Source: Mobula hypostoma (lineage: Eukaryota). From it: DNA of 64,000 nt. The stretch lies in assembly GCF_963921235.1 (NCBI RefSeq), contig NC_086118.1, positions 15,068,001 through 15,132,000 of the forward strand, read 5' to 3'. A model generated the notes under the pieces. That model searched no databases, was not told the origin of the DNA, and saw nothing but the letters and a program-made list of their open reading frames with translations. Made by a program: the position numbers and the translations under genes. Positions 25,686-38,879 of the stretch are shown one piece after another. Position 1 is the first letter of the stretch, and each line of letters begins with the position of its first letter.

Positions 25686-26770
25686 ACTTCCCCATTCTAT
25701 TTTAACCATGTATTTTGAGCCATGTAAAATCATTCTGTACCATGCCAGCATGATGCATTATAGCTCTTGTATTTTCCACTTCTCTGAATAAGACTGGCAG
25801 CTTACACCTACAGCTGTTAATAACTGATTTGATGCTGTCTAACAGGTTTAAGATACAGTCTTCATGGCTGGCAATGGACAACTCAGTTTAATCAAATGTG
25901 AAAATGCAGAATGTAATATGGTAATCAACATCACCACCGCAACTCCCCATCACGGTTCAGATAAATAATCATCCTATTTTCTTAAATACTGTGTGGGAAA
26001 AAATGGTTCTAATTTGGTAAGCACAAAGCAATATACACTTCTTGCCTTTCAGAAATAGTACTTGTTTACAGGCAATCCTGATGGTTAAGAATGACTTTTT
26101 CTACTGTAGTTTTGCAAGTTCTGAGGTGATCGATGAGGCCAATGTGAGAACCAGAAAGTCTTCTATAGATGGGGCTGAAGGCAGCCAACAGTGCAAGCAA
26201 CTGGTTGACTGTGAAGTGGTGTGCTCCTTCTATCATTTATATAGGGTCTCTGTGAGTTTATGTGGTACTGACAGCCTTGTTACTGGACTGCTGTCTCTAT
26301 TTTGCAGTCAATGATCACAGACTCCCAAGAGTCAACTGGGATATTTCAGCTTTTCAACAACATTCCTGGATGTGGCAATCTCTTCCTGCGATGGCACTGG
26401 AAATAGACTGATTGACATTGAACACGTGAATGATGTGGCCTTCTCAATGGAGCCAATTAAGTGTAATTAGGTTCTCTGGACTGGGGACGCTGTCTGGAAG
26501 TTTATCCTTCCAGAAAATCTGGAGAGCTTAGCAAGACAGCGTTGATGGTAGCTTTTCAAAGTCTTGGTAAGCCTCTGGAGAACACCAACCACTCCCCACA
26601 TCTTGAGAGCCAGTTATCGGCAAAGGCAAACAATGGTGAAATTCACCACTGCCCAGCCTTTGGTCAATTGAAGGAAAAAGATTTCTGAGAATCAGTACTA
26701 AGGAGGATATCATAGCTCTAGATCACCTAAAAACAATCACTGTATGTAAAGAATCTTGATGTATTCCTGA

Positions 26771-26964
26771 AAACAGACAGAATGCTCGAGAAGCTTGGCA
26801 GGTCAGACAGCATCTATGGAAAAGAGTAAACAGTCCACTTTTCAGGCTAAGACACTTCTTCGGGTCTGTTCTCTTTTCAATAGATACTGTCTGACCCGCT
26901 GAGTTCCTCTAGTGTTCTGTGTGTGTTGCTTTGGATTTCCAGCATCTGCAGATTTTCTCTTGTT
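26771..26964. mobile_element. Fold-back (inverted) PLE pLTR insertion with TSD
   Basis: Arms ACAGAATGCTCGAG...CAGCATCTATGGAAAAGAG and CTCTTTTCAATAGATACTG...AGTGTTCTGT are inverted, with a decayed hammerhead between them; 11-bp TSD TGTATTCCTGA at 26760-26770 and 26965-26975. Confidence 0.82.
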
Positions 26965-27282
26965 TGTATTCCTGAGAAGCATGATTAAGCAATGCCTTAT
27001 ATCTCATATATCCTGAAGACAAAGATGGATATGTCTATGTAAATATACCATTATTGATAGTACATTTGCATAGATTTGGCATGGTTACCTGATGAGCTCA
27101 TGTGTCACAAGACTCCAGTAAAATAATCAGTTGGCACTTATCCCTGGGATTCCTGCATAAATAATTATTACTTACGCAAAGTGCAAATGGATGACTAATG
27201 TCCACGGATGCAGTGATGAATTGATGCCTCCAGGATAGAAAAAAAACTCACTAAGCCTCTGCGGTAAAATTCTAGCTACATA

Positions 27283-27957
27283 CAGTCGTCCCTTGGTATC
27301 CGCGGGGGATTGGTTCCAGGACCCCCCGCAGATACCAAAATCCATGGATGCTCAGGTACCTTATATAAAATGGCATAGTATTTGCATATAACCTACGCAC
27401 ATCCTCCCGTATACTTTAAATCATCTCTAGATTACTTATAATACCTAATACAATGTAAAAGCGATGTAAATAGTTATACTGTATTGTGTAGGGAATAATG
27501 ACAAGGAAAAGCAGTCTGTACATATTCAGTACAGACGCAACCATCGTAGCTCTTCTGGGAACACTGTTGCTGCCTCAGCATCAGCCGATGTCGATTCTCC
27601 TGTGATCTTTAAGTTCTTGAGGCTGTAGCGCTTTACATAGCCAAACAGCCATCCCTTACTAGCCTTAAACTCCTTCATCGTGCTCACAACACAAGTAGTG
27701 AATGAACGAGACACAGGGCAAACAATGCTCAAACAACGAGTGCTGGAGAGAGACTGAGGATCTGTGGAATGTCGGGAGGCTACAGCAGGGTATACCTACA
27801 CATCACTTCATTTGCGTGGATTCAGCGTAGTGCTCGGCGCGTGGCAAATTCAAGTTTTGCTTTATAGAACTTTCTGGAATTTTTTTTTTCGAATATTTTC
27901 GATCCGCGGTTGGTTGAATCTGCAGATGCGGAACCTGCAGATGTGGAGGGCCAACTG
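27283..27957 (-). mobile_element. Tigger/pogo (Tigger3/MER2-like) non-autonomous DNA transposon
   Basis: TIRs CAGTCGTCCCTTGGTATCCGCGG / ...GATGTGGAGGGCCAACTG with TA on both sides. Minus-strand transposase remnant EFKASKGWL...YSLKNLKITGESTSADAEAA. Confidence 0.92.
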
Positions 27958-29959
27958 TATTCTGTTCCAGCAAATCAGAGAGAGTTTGAGTATCTGACAC
28001 TTTAAAGAACCAGTCTAACAGGTGATTGGCAATCAGTTAAAAGAACATCACTTCATTAACTGAAAGGTGCTTGGTGAGATTTCATTTTGTTCTGTTTCCT
28101 TTATTTTCTTCTCTTACAAAACAGTACAACTATTCAGTATTATGAGATCATAGCTCAGAAACGACTCTAAGAGAAAGAAATTCCAAATATGTCAGACTTT
28201 GAGGAAAGCAGTTTGTGATGCAGAACGCTATAATGCAGAATATTCAGAGATTGCATCATTCCACTTGCTGTGATGTTTAAATTCATCGAATGGTATTTAT
28301 CAAATGATTTGTGGTAGTACATTGATAGATAGAAAGGCTGAACACGTTTCAGAAGTGGTCAGAAAAACTACAACACCTCTTTGGTCACGAAGGGTTTATA
28401 ATCCAGGAAATAATGATTTTCAATCAAACCCAAATAACCTTATATGCTCTTTTGTCTCAGTTTCTGCATGGAATGGAATATAACAAATATACTGCATGGA
28501 TCTGCTAACATTAGCCTGAACTGTTTTTGAAACAGCAATGCCACAGGCACAGTAGATCTAGGCAAGTTTTTCATGTTTAACTGCAGGGTTTCCTGAAAAC
28601 CAACTAAAATCCAAGCCACAGGCAAATTATTTAAAGCCATACCCAAACCAGAAACAATAGGAAAGGTCTGAATAAATCTGCAGTTAATGCTGAGTATAAT
28701 TAACATGCTCAACCCCTAACACAATCTATTTCACCAAGTCCTCACCAACTGCTGATAGGGAAGAAGTTCAATACGTTTAACTGAGCATGCTGTGGACAGG
28801 CATTGAGTTAAATGTTTACTTTTAAATACTTCATAGTTTCAGACTCTGTGGTACAGAATGCAAGATATTGGCAGTTGATCAATTAGCAGAAAACCTCTTC
28901 CAGGATGTACTGACTGGAACCTACTATGGGTCTTCTTGGTTATTAACCAACCTCAATTCATCGACTGTTCAGGCACTGAAAGGATAAGAGTACTATATTC
29001 ATTCAAATGTGATTTAGCAGATATACCTGCTGTGACAATCTTAAGGACAAATCTGGCAAATCTGTTTGATCCATTATCTGTTTGTAAACAAAGTCTGAAG
29101 CAGCTTACAAATTTAAACTGTGCCAAATTGGCTTTAATGCAATTTTAGAAAACAGATTAAATCTGAGGGACTTTGACTTCAAAATAAATTAGTATCCTGC
29201 ATAGATAGGAAGCATAAGGTTAACAATAGGTTATTGAAAACTTCCGTAAATTTGTAAGTCACTTCAAGATTTCAGCACTTTTAGCATACCGTGCCATACC
29301 AACACCTGGGAAGTGAAAAGCTGATAGTCCCACCTTAATATTTTTGGCCAAGTCTGGTCAAATGTCAACATGTTCAGGACATCCACACATATACAGTCAA
29401 ACACAGTAGTTGCAGACTTGCAACTGGATCCCTGCAAAAGTGCAGCTAGTAAATGGAAACTTTCACCTACTTTCTACCACTGGCCAACCCATGAAGTCCA
29501 TGAGAAAAGCTCTGCTTCATGAGATTCCTCATTTGGAAAATTCCCTGTCCTTTGTAGATATTGTGCCAATCTAACCTGGTACAAAGGACCCTCAAAATTA
29601 CTGATTCAAAAGGGAAAAGGTAGCTTGGAAAGAAGAGAAGCAAAAATAAGGTGTTTTTTGAATTAATTATTGTTTGTTCAATATTTTTAAAGTGTGCCTG
29701 TTTTTACTTTTGAAAATAAAATTCTTTAAATTTTTGTCATTTTACTTTTAGCCACTCTGATTATCGGACACCATAAAGAGATACATCACTCCTAGTTGGG
29801 GCAGATTTGATGGCTGGGAAGACTTCCAGTAGTTTCTCAGGGGCATGGAATTCTTCAGTTCATCTCTGGCGTCAGACTCTTTGAGCCAGCAAGAGAGCCT
29901 ACTGCTTCCAGATCAGGTAAGCTTTGGCTCAGCTTATGCTGAGTAGCGGTCCCAAGACA

Positions 29960-30262
29960 AAACCACGGCAACATAGCGGTTAGCGCAACACTGTTACAGC
30001 TTGGGGCGTCCGAGTTGTTGAGCTCAAATTCCAAAGTCACCTGTGAGGAGTCTGTGCATCCTCCCCAAGGAATGCGTAGGTTTTCTCCAGGCATTCCAGT
30101 TCCCTCCAACAGACCAAAGACATACTGGTGAGTAAGTGAATAGGTCATTATAAACTGTACCTTGATTAGGTTAGTGTTAAATCAGGGTTTGTCAGGGATT
30201 GCTGGTCAGCGCACTCAAAGGGCTAGAAAGGGCTATTTGCACTGTTTCCCTAAATAAAATAA
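29960..30262 (+). mobile_element. V-SINE (HE1-like tRNA-derived SINE)
   Basis: Head CATAGCGGTTAGCGCAAC, V-domain-like CTGTGAGGAGTCTGTGCATCCTCCCC...TTTTCTCCAGG, tail TAAATAAAATAA; similar to 38880-39185. Confidence 0.75.
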
Positions 30263-31695
30263 GTAATTTTTTTTTTAATTGGATCACCATTTATTATTTG
30301 ACACTAGGAAAGCACATTAACCAAGCCTTCTTCTGACAACTGATAATTAATTGCATATACTTTCCAATACCAAACACTGAAAAGTAACTAGAAAGTTAGA
30401 ACCTGTGATGATATTTTTCCTATCACTTTTCCAATAGCTTTGAGGAAATGAATCAGGAGAACATTGCCTGTCTTTCCTTAAAGGACACATTTTTTGGAAG
30501 GAATTAGGTTCATGATTTAATTTATAGCTATTAATAAAATGTGCAGAAGATAGTCAATACAAAGGAGGTATTTTCAAGGAGGAAAACATACCATCACTCA
30601 ATAATACCTCGTGTTGTAAGTGATTCCTCTGAAATATACTACTACCTGCCATGATGACAAACGACCATTTTACTTAAAGAGTAGTGAGTTGTACATACCA
30701 TGTATTTGTTTCCAGCATATTATTCAAGCGAGAAACAATCTCAAGGAAATCAAGTGGACTCTGGCATCAACACAAGGAATCAATGGCTCCTTCTCTGCCA
30801 TAAATTTCTATGAATCTAATGAAATTACATGAGGGAAGTGAATTGCCTGACATTGATGCATAAATATCATAAATGTTTTATTCAAACAGTTGACTTTTAA
30901 CTTATTCCGATTTTATCTTTTTCATTCCGTTATTGTTTAAGGTAACAATGTATACAGTATTATCACACTGGTAGTTCAGTAATAAGAGGTTCTTTAACTA
31001 TGATGACAAGAAGCAAAAATGATATGCAGCAGTAGGAATGTTGTGAGACAATTTTGCTTTCTGTAAATCCATTTAAGCAATTGTTCACCTTGTAGCTAAA
31101 GCCAATGTGTCAATTGTGGTTAGATAGTGCCAAATAATGAACTCGAACTATATCCTTTTCCTTCTCTTTCTCCTTTCAGAAACAAAGATAAGATCTGAAA
31201 GGAACAATTGTGAAGGCTGACAGCATCAAATTTGTACAACTTTAGTTGACAAAACCCAGGCAGAGCTCACCTCCTACATACCAACCAGTCTAAGCACTAG
31301 CTCTCACCGTTGGAAAGCACAGCCGGTAACCATAGCAACTAGCCAGCCATGACTGCCCCTGAGCAATCTGGAGTGGAAGCTGTACAAAGATAATCATCAC
31401 TGCTGCCCAGATGTCACATAAAAAGGCTTGGCCAGTACACAGCAAAACCATCCAACCACCAGAAGGATAAAACAAACCCAAAGGAAGAGCTCCACCAGGC
31501 CCCCTCTGAACATACTCCAGTAGGCTCTGTGACCAAATGGCAATGAAAACCTAATGAGCATCCTAATCAGTGATGTCACTGAACTGTAACTGCTCCACAT
31601 GACACAAAAATGGCATACCTTGACAAATAATTTTAATGCAAAATATTAATATAAATGTCATTATTGCTGATTATGTCAAAACAAAGGTTGGAGAT

Positions 31696-31917
31696 TGTTG
31701 TAACATGAACATTATTAAAAGTAAGTTAATACTAATTAGGATAATAGGGGGGTTTACTTCCGTTCTTTTTACTTCCAATGTGCTTTCTATATAGTGTTCC
31801 CGCCATGCTGTACGGGTTGTAAAAGCCTCTGTATATGTGGTTTTGACGTTCAAGATAAAGTTGTTTCTTTGGCATGAAGTTGTTGAGTGTGCCACTTTCA
31901 AAGTAGAAGTTACCACA
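31696..31917 (+). repeat. 5' LTR
   Basis: TGTTGTAA...TTACCACA; direct repeat of 35901-36127. Confidence 0.95.
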
Positions 31918-32007
31918 TATTTTTGGCGATGAGGTAAACTGGTTTTGTGGATGTGTCGGCACGTTTCGAACAGGAGCAGCAGCGCTAATAAGGGGCCTCA
32001 CGTTCAG

Positions 32008-35000
32008 ATGGCTACGTTTGGGACTATCGTTGAATTTGTGGAGTTAACGGAGGACTGGCCGGAGTATGAGGAAAGGTTAGGGCACTTTTTCTGTGCTAAT
32101 GGAATTACTGAGGAGGCTAAGAAGCACTCTATTCTCCTGAGTGTGTGTGTGGGGCAAAGACCTACAAGCTAATAAGGAATTTAGCCACACAACGGAAACC
32201 GGGGGACATTCCATATGATGAACTGGTCAAGCTCGTGGGGAATCACTACAATCCGAAACCTTCTGTGATAGTCCAACGGTGTACGTTTCACAGCCGTTTC
32301 AGGAAGCCAGGTCAGTCTGTGGCCGATTTTGTGGCCGAGCTTTGGCAGCTGTTGAAGCATTGTGATTTCGGAGTGGTGTTGGAAGACATGCTCTGTGATC
32401 GATTGGTATGCGGCATTAATAATGACGGCATCCAACGCCGCCTTTTAGGGGAAACCCCACCATTGACTTTCAAGAAAACCTTAGAGGTTGCCCAAGGCAT
32501 GGAGGTGGCTGCTAATAATGTCAAGGATATCCAGAAAGGACATGGGGGGGGGGGGGAGGTCGCAGTCGGCGGCAGTGTACCAAGTCAGGAGGGAGACTGG
32601 TAAACAGGCAAAGCGGGTGGAATGTTTCCGGTGTGGAGGGACGCACTATGCAAATAATTGCAAATTCAAAGACACTGTCTGCCATGCTTGTAGCAAAAAG
32701 GGACATTTAGCTAAAAAGTGCAGGAGTTCAAAGGGCAAGATTAAGCCTGGGCAGGGGAAAGCTCAACAGGTTCAGGCAGCCACACACCGTCTAGAAGAAG
32801 CAGATGAAGAGGCAGAGTGTTTGGAGTGGAAATAGGTGAGGAACCACCTGAACCATATTATGCCACAGTCACTGTCGGGGAAAGGACATTAAGTTTGAGA
32901 TTGATTCAGGGACTACTGCATCGGTCATTAGTGAGGAGACCTATAGGAGGACATGGGGGTCCAACCTGCCTCCCAACAGACCGTCAAAGCTTAGGACCTA
33001 TACGGGGCAGTCCATACCTCACTTAGGGGTGTTATATGTGGACATTTCAGCCGGGAGTCAGAAGGCTGAAGCCAGGCTAGTGATAGCTAAGGGCAGGGGG
33101 GCCCAGTCTTTTGGGTCGCGATTGGCTTTGCAAAATCTGGCTAAACTGACATGAAATTAACTATGCACACACGACAGACAACATTCTGCAGTGGTGCAGT
33201 GACATTTTCAGGGACAAGCTACGAACACTGAAGGGCGTGACAGTGAAACTCCATGTCGACCCTGAGGCTACACCATGTTTTTTTAAGCCCAGGTCAGTGC
33301 CCTATGCCATGAAAGGCAAAGTTGAGGAGGAGCTGGAACGTTTACAGAGGCTGGGCATTATTGAGCCCGTCCAGTCTTCAAGGTGGGCGGCTCCCATTGT
33401 TCCAGTTTTGAAGGCAGACAAAATGGTGAGGATATGTGGGGATTATAAGCTTACGGTGAATGAGGTCTCTAGGCTGGAGGAGTACCCATTGCCACGGGTG
33501 GATGACCTGTTTACGACCCTGTCGGGGGTAAGCTGTTGACAAAGCTGGACATGAGCCATGCCTACCAACAGCTGCTGCTTGACGAGGATTCAAAGGAGTA
33601 TGTCACAATTAATACACACAAGGGTTTATTCAAGTACAATTGCCTGGTGTTTGGAGTGGCGTCCAGCCCTGCCATATTCCAAAGGAAAATGGACACTTTG
33701 CTGCAGGGGATTCTGCACGTAGCAGTGTACCTTGATGATATTTTGATCACGGGGGCTATGGAGGTGGAGCATCTGGCTAATTTAGAACGGGTGCTGAAGA
33801 GGCTGTCAGACGCAGGGCTGCGGTTGAAACACAGAAAATGTGTGTTCCTGGCATAGAGTGTGACTGACCTGGGATACAAGATCACAGCTGAGGGGCTTCA
33901 CCCTGTGGAGGACAAAGTGAGAGCTATTAAGGAGGCCCCAAGCCCTAAGACCATCACGGAACTCAGATCATTTTTGGGCATGGTGAATTATTACGGCAAG
34001 TTTCTTCCTGACCTGTCAAGGTTTTGACCCCACTGTATAAGCTGCTTCACAATGACACTAAGTGGCAGTGGGGTGAAGAGCAGCAGAAAGCTTTCAAGGA
34101 AGTGAAAGAACTCCTCCACTCAGCGAAGCTGCTTGTTCACTATGACCCAGACAAGGAGATCACCCTTGCATGCGATGCCTCGCCCTATGGAGTCGGGGCA
34201 GTTCTCTCACATGTAACGGAGGACTGTTCAGAGAAGCCTATTGGTTTTGCTTCACGTACCCTGACAGCTGCTGAGAAGGGATATTCACAGCTGCACAAAG
34301 GAAGTCTGGCTACTGATTTTGCAGTCAAACGCTTTCATCAGTACCTTTATGGACGCGTATTTACAATTTATATGGACCATAAACCACTGATGAGCCTGTT
34401 CAGTGAGACTAGATACATCCTACCGCTAGCCTCAGCCAGGATACAGCGTTGGGCTCTTACATTGTCAGCTTACCAGTACACGATAGTGTACAGAGCGAGT
34501 GGGGATGATGCAAACGCTGATGCACTGAGTCAGCTACCTTTACCTGAGACACCTGTTGCTACATATGTGCCTCCAGAGACTGTGTTTTCATTGGAGAGGC
34601 TGTCAGAGACACCTGTAAAGGCGACCCAGATTAAGCAGTGGACAGAGAGGGACCCAGTCCTGCCCCAAGTCAAGACTTTTCTTTTACAAGGTTGGCCCAG
34701 AGTCGTGGAAGGAGAGAAACTGAGGCCTTATGCCAAACGCAAGACAGAACTCAGTCTGCAGGATGGCTGCATTTTCTGGGAGGCGATGGTCAACGTGCCT
34801 CCCCCTGGCCGTTCACAGATTATGGTCGAAATTCATGAGACTCATCCAGGGGTGTCTCAAATGAAAAGCCTTGCAAGATCCTACGTCAGGTAACCAAGAA
34901 TGGATCAGGATCTGGAGAACAAGGTAAAATCATGCATGCAATTTCAGACTAATCAGAATATACCACCACCAGCTCTTTTGCACCCATGGGAGTGGCCAGA

Positions 35001-35480
35001 CCACCCTTGGTCTAGGCTACATTTGGACTGTTCTGGCCCTTTTATAGGGCAGATGTTTCTTCTAATGGTAGATGCACATTCTAAATGGATCGAAGCTCAC
35101 ATCATGAGCAACATCACAGCCCCCTCAACCATAGACAAACTCAGACAAGTGTTTGAAGTCCATGGGTTGCCTGACACTCTGGTCACTGATAATGGCCCGA
35201 AGTTCACCAGTGAGCTGTTCAGTGAGTTCATGCAGCAGAATGGCATTCATCACATTCAGACGGCCCCTTTCCACCCAGCCTCCAATGGTTTGGCTGAGCG
35301 GGCTGTTCAGACAGTGAAGGAAGGCCTGAAGTGGATGACAGGGGACTCGCTTAGCATTCAGCTTTCACGTTTCCTGTTTAAATACTGTCTCACGCCACAA
35401 ACTAGACTGCCCGCACTCCAGCAGAGATGCTGATGGGGCGTAGGCCCAAGTCAAGATTGGACCTGCTGTGCCCGGACATG
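32008..35480 (+). pseudogene. Gypsy gag-pol, disrupted by frameshifts and stops
   Basis: Gag MATFG...WPEYEERL with Cys/His knuckles CFRCGGTHYANNC and CHACSKKGHLAKKC; protease FEIDSG; RT RICGDY, YLDD; RNase H CDAS; integrase HETHPG, HLD, TDNGP, NGLAERAV. Confidence 0.93.
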
Positions 35481-35900
35481 AAGGTAAAAGTGAGACAGAC
35501 TACTGTGGAAGCATGTCCACCAGTGACTTAGCCAGAGGGTGAGACGCTGGTAGAGGGGTCGGGGCCCCTGAAGAGTTTGGACATTCTCACGCAGACACAC
35601 AGACCCCTCTCATGCCCCTAACACCGGACCCACCCAAAACACCCTCACCAGCGGTGCCTGCTGGGTCACCGGGGGTAGTGCACAGATCACAGCACACTCC
35701 TAAACCTCCTGACAGACTGAATCTATGACGGGGCAGTTTTTTTTTTGCTGTTGTTAGACATGCTTTCTGGATGTTTTGTATTGGGAAACCGCTACTGAGA
35801 TACCAGTATAAGTTTTCAGGGGTACGCAAGTTAATAACACCACTGTTTTTATTTCCTAGTTTTTTACATTTGGGGATGTTGGACTTTAAAGGGGGAGAAG

Positions 35901-36127
35901 TGTTGTAATGTGAGCATTATTAAAAGTAAGTTTATACTAATTAGGATAACAGGGGGTTTACTTCCGTTCTTTTTACTTCCAGTGTGCTTTCTATATAGTG
36001 TTCCTGCCATACCATACGGCTTGTAAAAGCCTCCGTATATACTTAACGGTATTAACGTTCGAGATAAAGTTGTTTCTTTGGGCATCAAGTTGTCGAGTGT
36101 GCCTTTTTCAAAGTAGAAGTTACCATA
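35901..36127 (+). repeat. 3' LTR
   Basis: TGTTGTAA...TTACCATA (terminal CA changed to TA), followed by the TSD. Confidence 0.95.
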
Positions 36128-36959
36128 GAGATGATAGAAGTATTGAGTAGACAAGGCCGTTTTCCAGACAGGCCAACGTGGTCCACCTCATTCGTGCCAG
36201 CCATGATGCTGAGGACAGGACATCATGGCAGACCCAGAATTCATTGTCTGCATTAGATTTGTATCGCTCCACACCTTTCCTAACTAAGTTCATGTCCAAA
36301 TTCCTCTTAAATGTTGTAACTGTATCTGCTCCACCACTTCCTCTGGCAAGTTTGCTCCAGATGCTTACCAATTTCCATGTGAAAACCATACCTTTCTCAT
36401 CTCCTTTGAACCTCTTCCCTTCACCTTAAACTTGTACCCTCCAATTCTAAACTCCTCAACTCCATGAGAAATACTATAGCTATCTATTCTATTTATGTTC
36501 CTTATTAATTTTTAAACATCTGTAACATCTCCTTTCAGTGTCCTATATTTCAGTGAGAATATATTCAGCCCTTCCAATCTCTCTCTTTTCAACTGCAGCC
36601 CTCAAAGTCTAGGCAATGTTCTAGAATGCCAGGTTGTGTTTTAGGATGCGTAGAGAGCCCAGTCTGCTTCTCTCACCACAGGCATTGCCTGAACTGTTGA
36701 TCATTTTCAGCATCTTTTGCTTTTAGTTCAGCAGATTTCAAGCATCTATATAATTTGGCTTCTGTATTGATTATCCTGTTCTCCAGTATTTCCCAGCACT
36801 TATGCTTGGACAGGCACTTGATTTACACTTCTGAGGGGTGCCAATTTTCTCCATAAATAATTAAGCATTATATTTTAACACTGAAGCCAAGTCTAAAACA
36901 AGAGTTAATTCCAAAACACTGGAGATCATAAAACAGAGAGGTTACTAGAAACTGAAGGG

Positions 36960-37310
36960 CGTATTACATAGCTTTCATGCCTTGAGTCATCCCGAAGTGC
37001 TTTGCAAGCAATTAAATATCATTGGAGTGTAGTCATTGTTATAATGTGCAAAATCCAAATGAAGATTTGCACTTAGCCAACTCCCACCAACAGTGAAATA
37101 CTGATGGCTAAAATTATACACGACTTTTAGTGATTTTAACTTAGAGGCAATACCTCCCAGAATACCAGGGATAACTCACCCACTTTCCTTCAAAATAGGC
37201 CGATGGGACATTATGTCAGCTGACAGAACAGACACACCTTGAGGGTCCCTCAGTCTCAAACAAAATCTGTGCTCAAATTTCAGGAGTAAGTCCACGAAGA
37301 TTAAAACCTC
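36960..37310 (-). mobile_element. Old Deu-domain SINE (SacSINE1/AmnSINE1-like)
   Basis: Blocks CATCCCGAAGTGCTTT...GTGTAGTCATTGTTATAATG...CTCCCACCAACAG...CTTCAAAATAG..ATGGGA resemble the reverse Deu-SINE consensus as I recall it. Confidence 0.55.
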
Positions 37311-38879
37311 CTTAAATGTGATGGAGGCAACCATGGGCAACATACTGTACCTAACAAATAAATTAGAATATTCCAAAACTATTAGGACTCTGCTAATTAG
37401 TATTTACAGACTAGGAATAGTGGGAACCACTGAATGTTTAATGATATTCAATGACCCCAAATACCAATGTTTGATACCTTCACACTTGCTATCAATGCAA
37501 CATAAACTCAGAGAAATGCACAGAACTGTTATAATAGCTTTATAACTGCAACTTTCAGGCTAAAGGCAATAACCAGAGGATCTTTAATTCTGTACACAGG
37601 CTTTTACTTTCACTCAAACTCCAATCTTAATTATTAAGTTCTGTCACTTAAATAATCTTCAATCATTCCTAGTTATTTTCTTTTAATGTAAAACCTGATT
37701 TTAATCTAAAAAGAAAATGCACACAAACACAAGTATCTAGTTACAGGCAGGAAACATGGATTTAACAATTCCTGATAGCATGTTTGGATTGATTAATATG
37801 GAAAATGGAAGACATTTTTCTGATAATAGCACCAAAAGTCCTTGAATAAGCTTCTAATGAGAGGGTTAAGATAAATCAGCCAGCTTTTTGCCCAGCATTC
37901 TTTCAATTATACAACTTAGTCATCTGGTCTGGGATCACAGGAGCACAAATAGGTTATCGGTACAATGACCCAGCTCCAATATTCAGTATTATGAATGAGT
38001 TTTACTTTATCTCTTAGCTTTGGTCTGTATCATTCATTAACCTACCCTGATGAAAATTTAACTATCCCTATTTTCAAAACTCTAATTGTTCCAGTAATGA
38101 CAATGAACTGAAGGTGGAAATTCCCTTTTGGTTTCCCTCTTAGTGGCCTAGTTCTCTCCTTCTGAATTCCCTCATCTCTTTACACTTGATTGAACCTGCT
38201 TCACACCTCGATTGGATAATGTTTTAATCTTCTGCGACAAGGGAATGCAACTTTATGCAACTTATCCTCATGATCTAGTTCTCAATGCCACCACTGCATC
38301 GTTCTGGTGAAACTGCATGTTATTCCTTTCCTCAGACAACTTATCCTCTCAAAGATGTACTTCTTAAAAATGTAGAACTCTACAGATCACATCTGACCAC
38401 AGTTTTAAGCATCTCAGCTAAAGATTCAGCCTTTAATGCAAATTGGCCAGTTTTAGTTAAAAGCCTAAAACTTCAATGGCGTCTGTCACTGTAACTATGG
38501 AGTTGAATGATTTTCACACTAGAATGGGATTGGCCCGATTTATCCATCCATGCTGACCAAGGTGCTTTCCTGAGCTCGTCCCACTTGACTGCAGAAGCCT
38601 TTTCTCCCTACATTTCTGTCTTTTGAACGCTGTAATTGAACTTGCTTCTACCATATCTTCTGGCACCTTAAGGAGTTTCAACTTTTCACCCACACTTCTA
38701 CACATGTAATGCTGACAGCATTTTGAATGGCTACTTTATGGTCTGGTACTGCAATTTGAATGTGCAGGAATGCAGATTTGCGGACTCTGCCCAATACGTC
38801 ACAGGCATATTCTCCCCTACCACTGGTGGTATCTACAGGAGGCACTGCCTGAATAAGATAACATCTATCAAGATCCCAG

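Larger units (their letters stand above)
31696..36127 (+). mobile_element. Full-length decayed Ty3/Gypsy (Mag-like) LTR retrotransposon
   Basis: Two LTRs, 5-bp TSD GAGAT (31691-31695 and 36128-36132), PBS-like TGGCGATGAGG at 31924 and PPT AAAGGGGGAGAAG before the 3' LTR. Domain order is gag-PR-RT-RH-IN. Confidence 0.96.

Noticed and set aside
31160..31330. Coding exon after a strong plus-strand acceptor (CTTCTCTTTCTCCTTTCAG)
   Set aside because: All three frames hit stop codons within about 45 nt.
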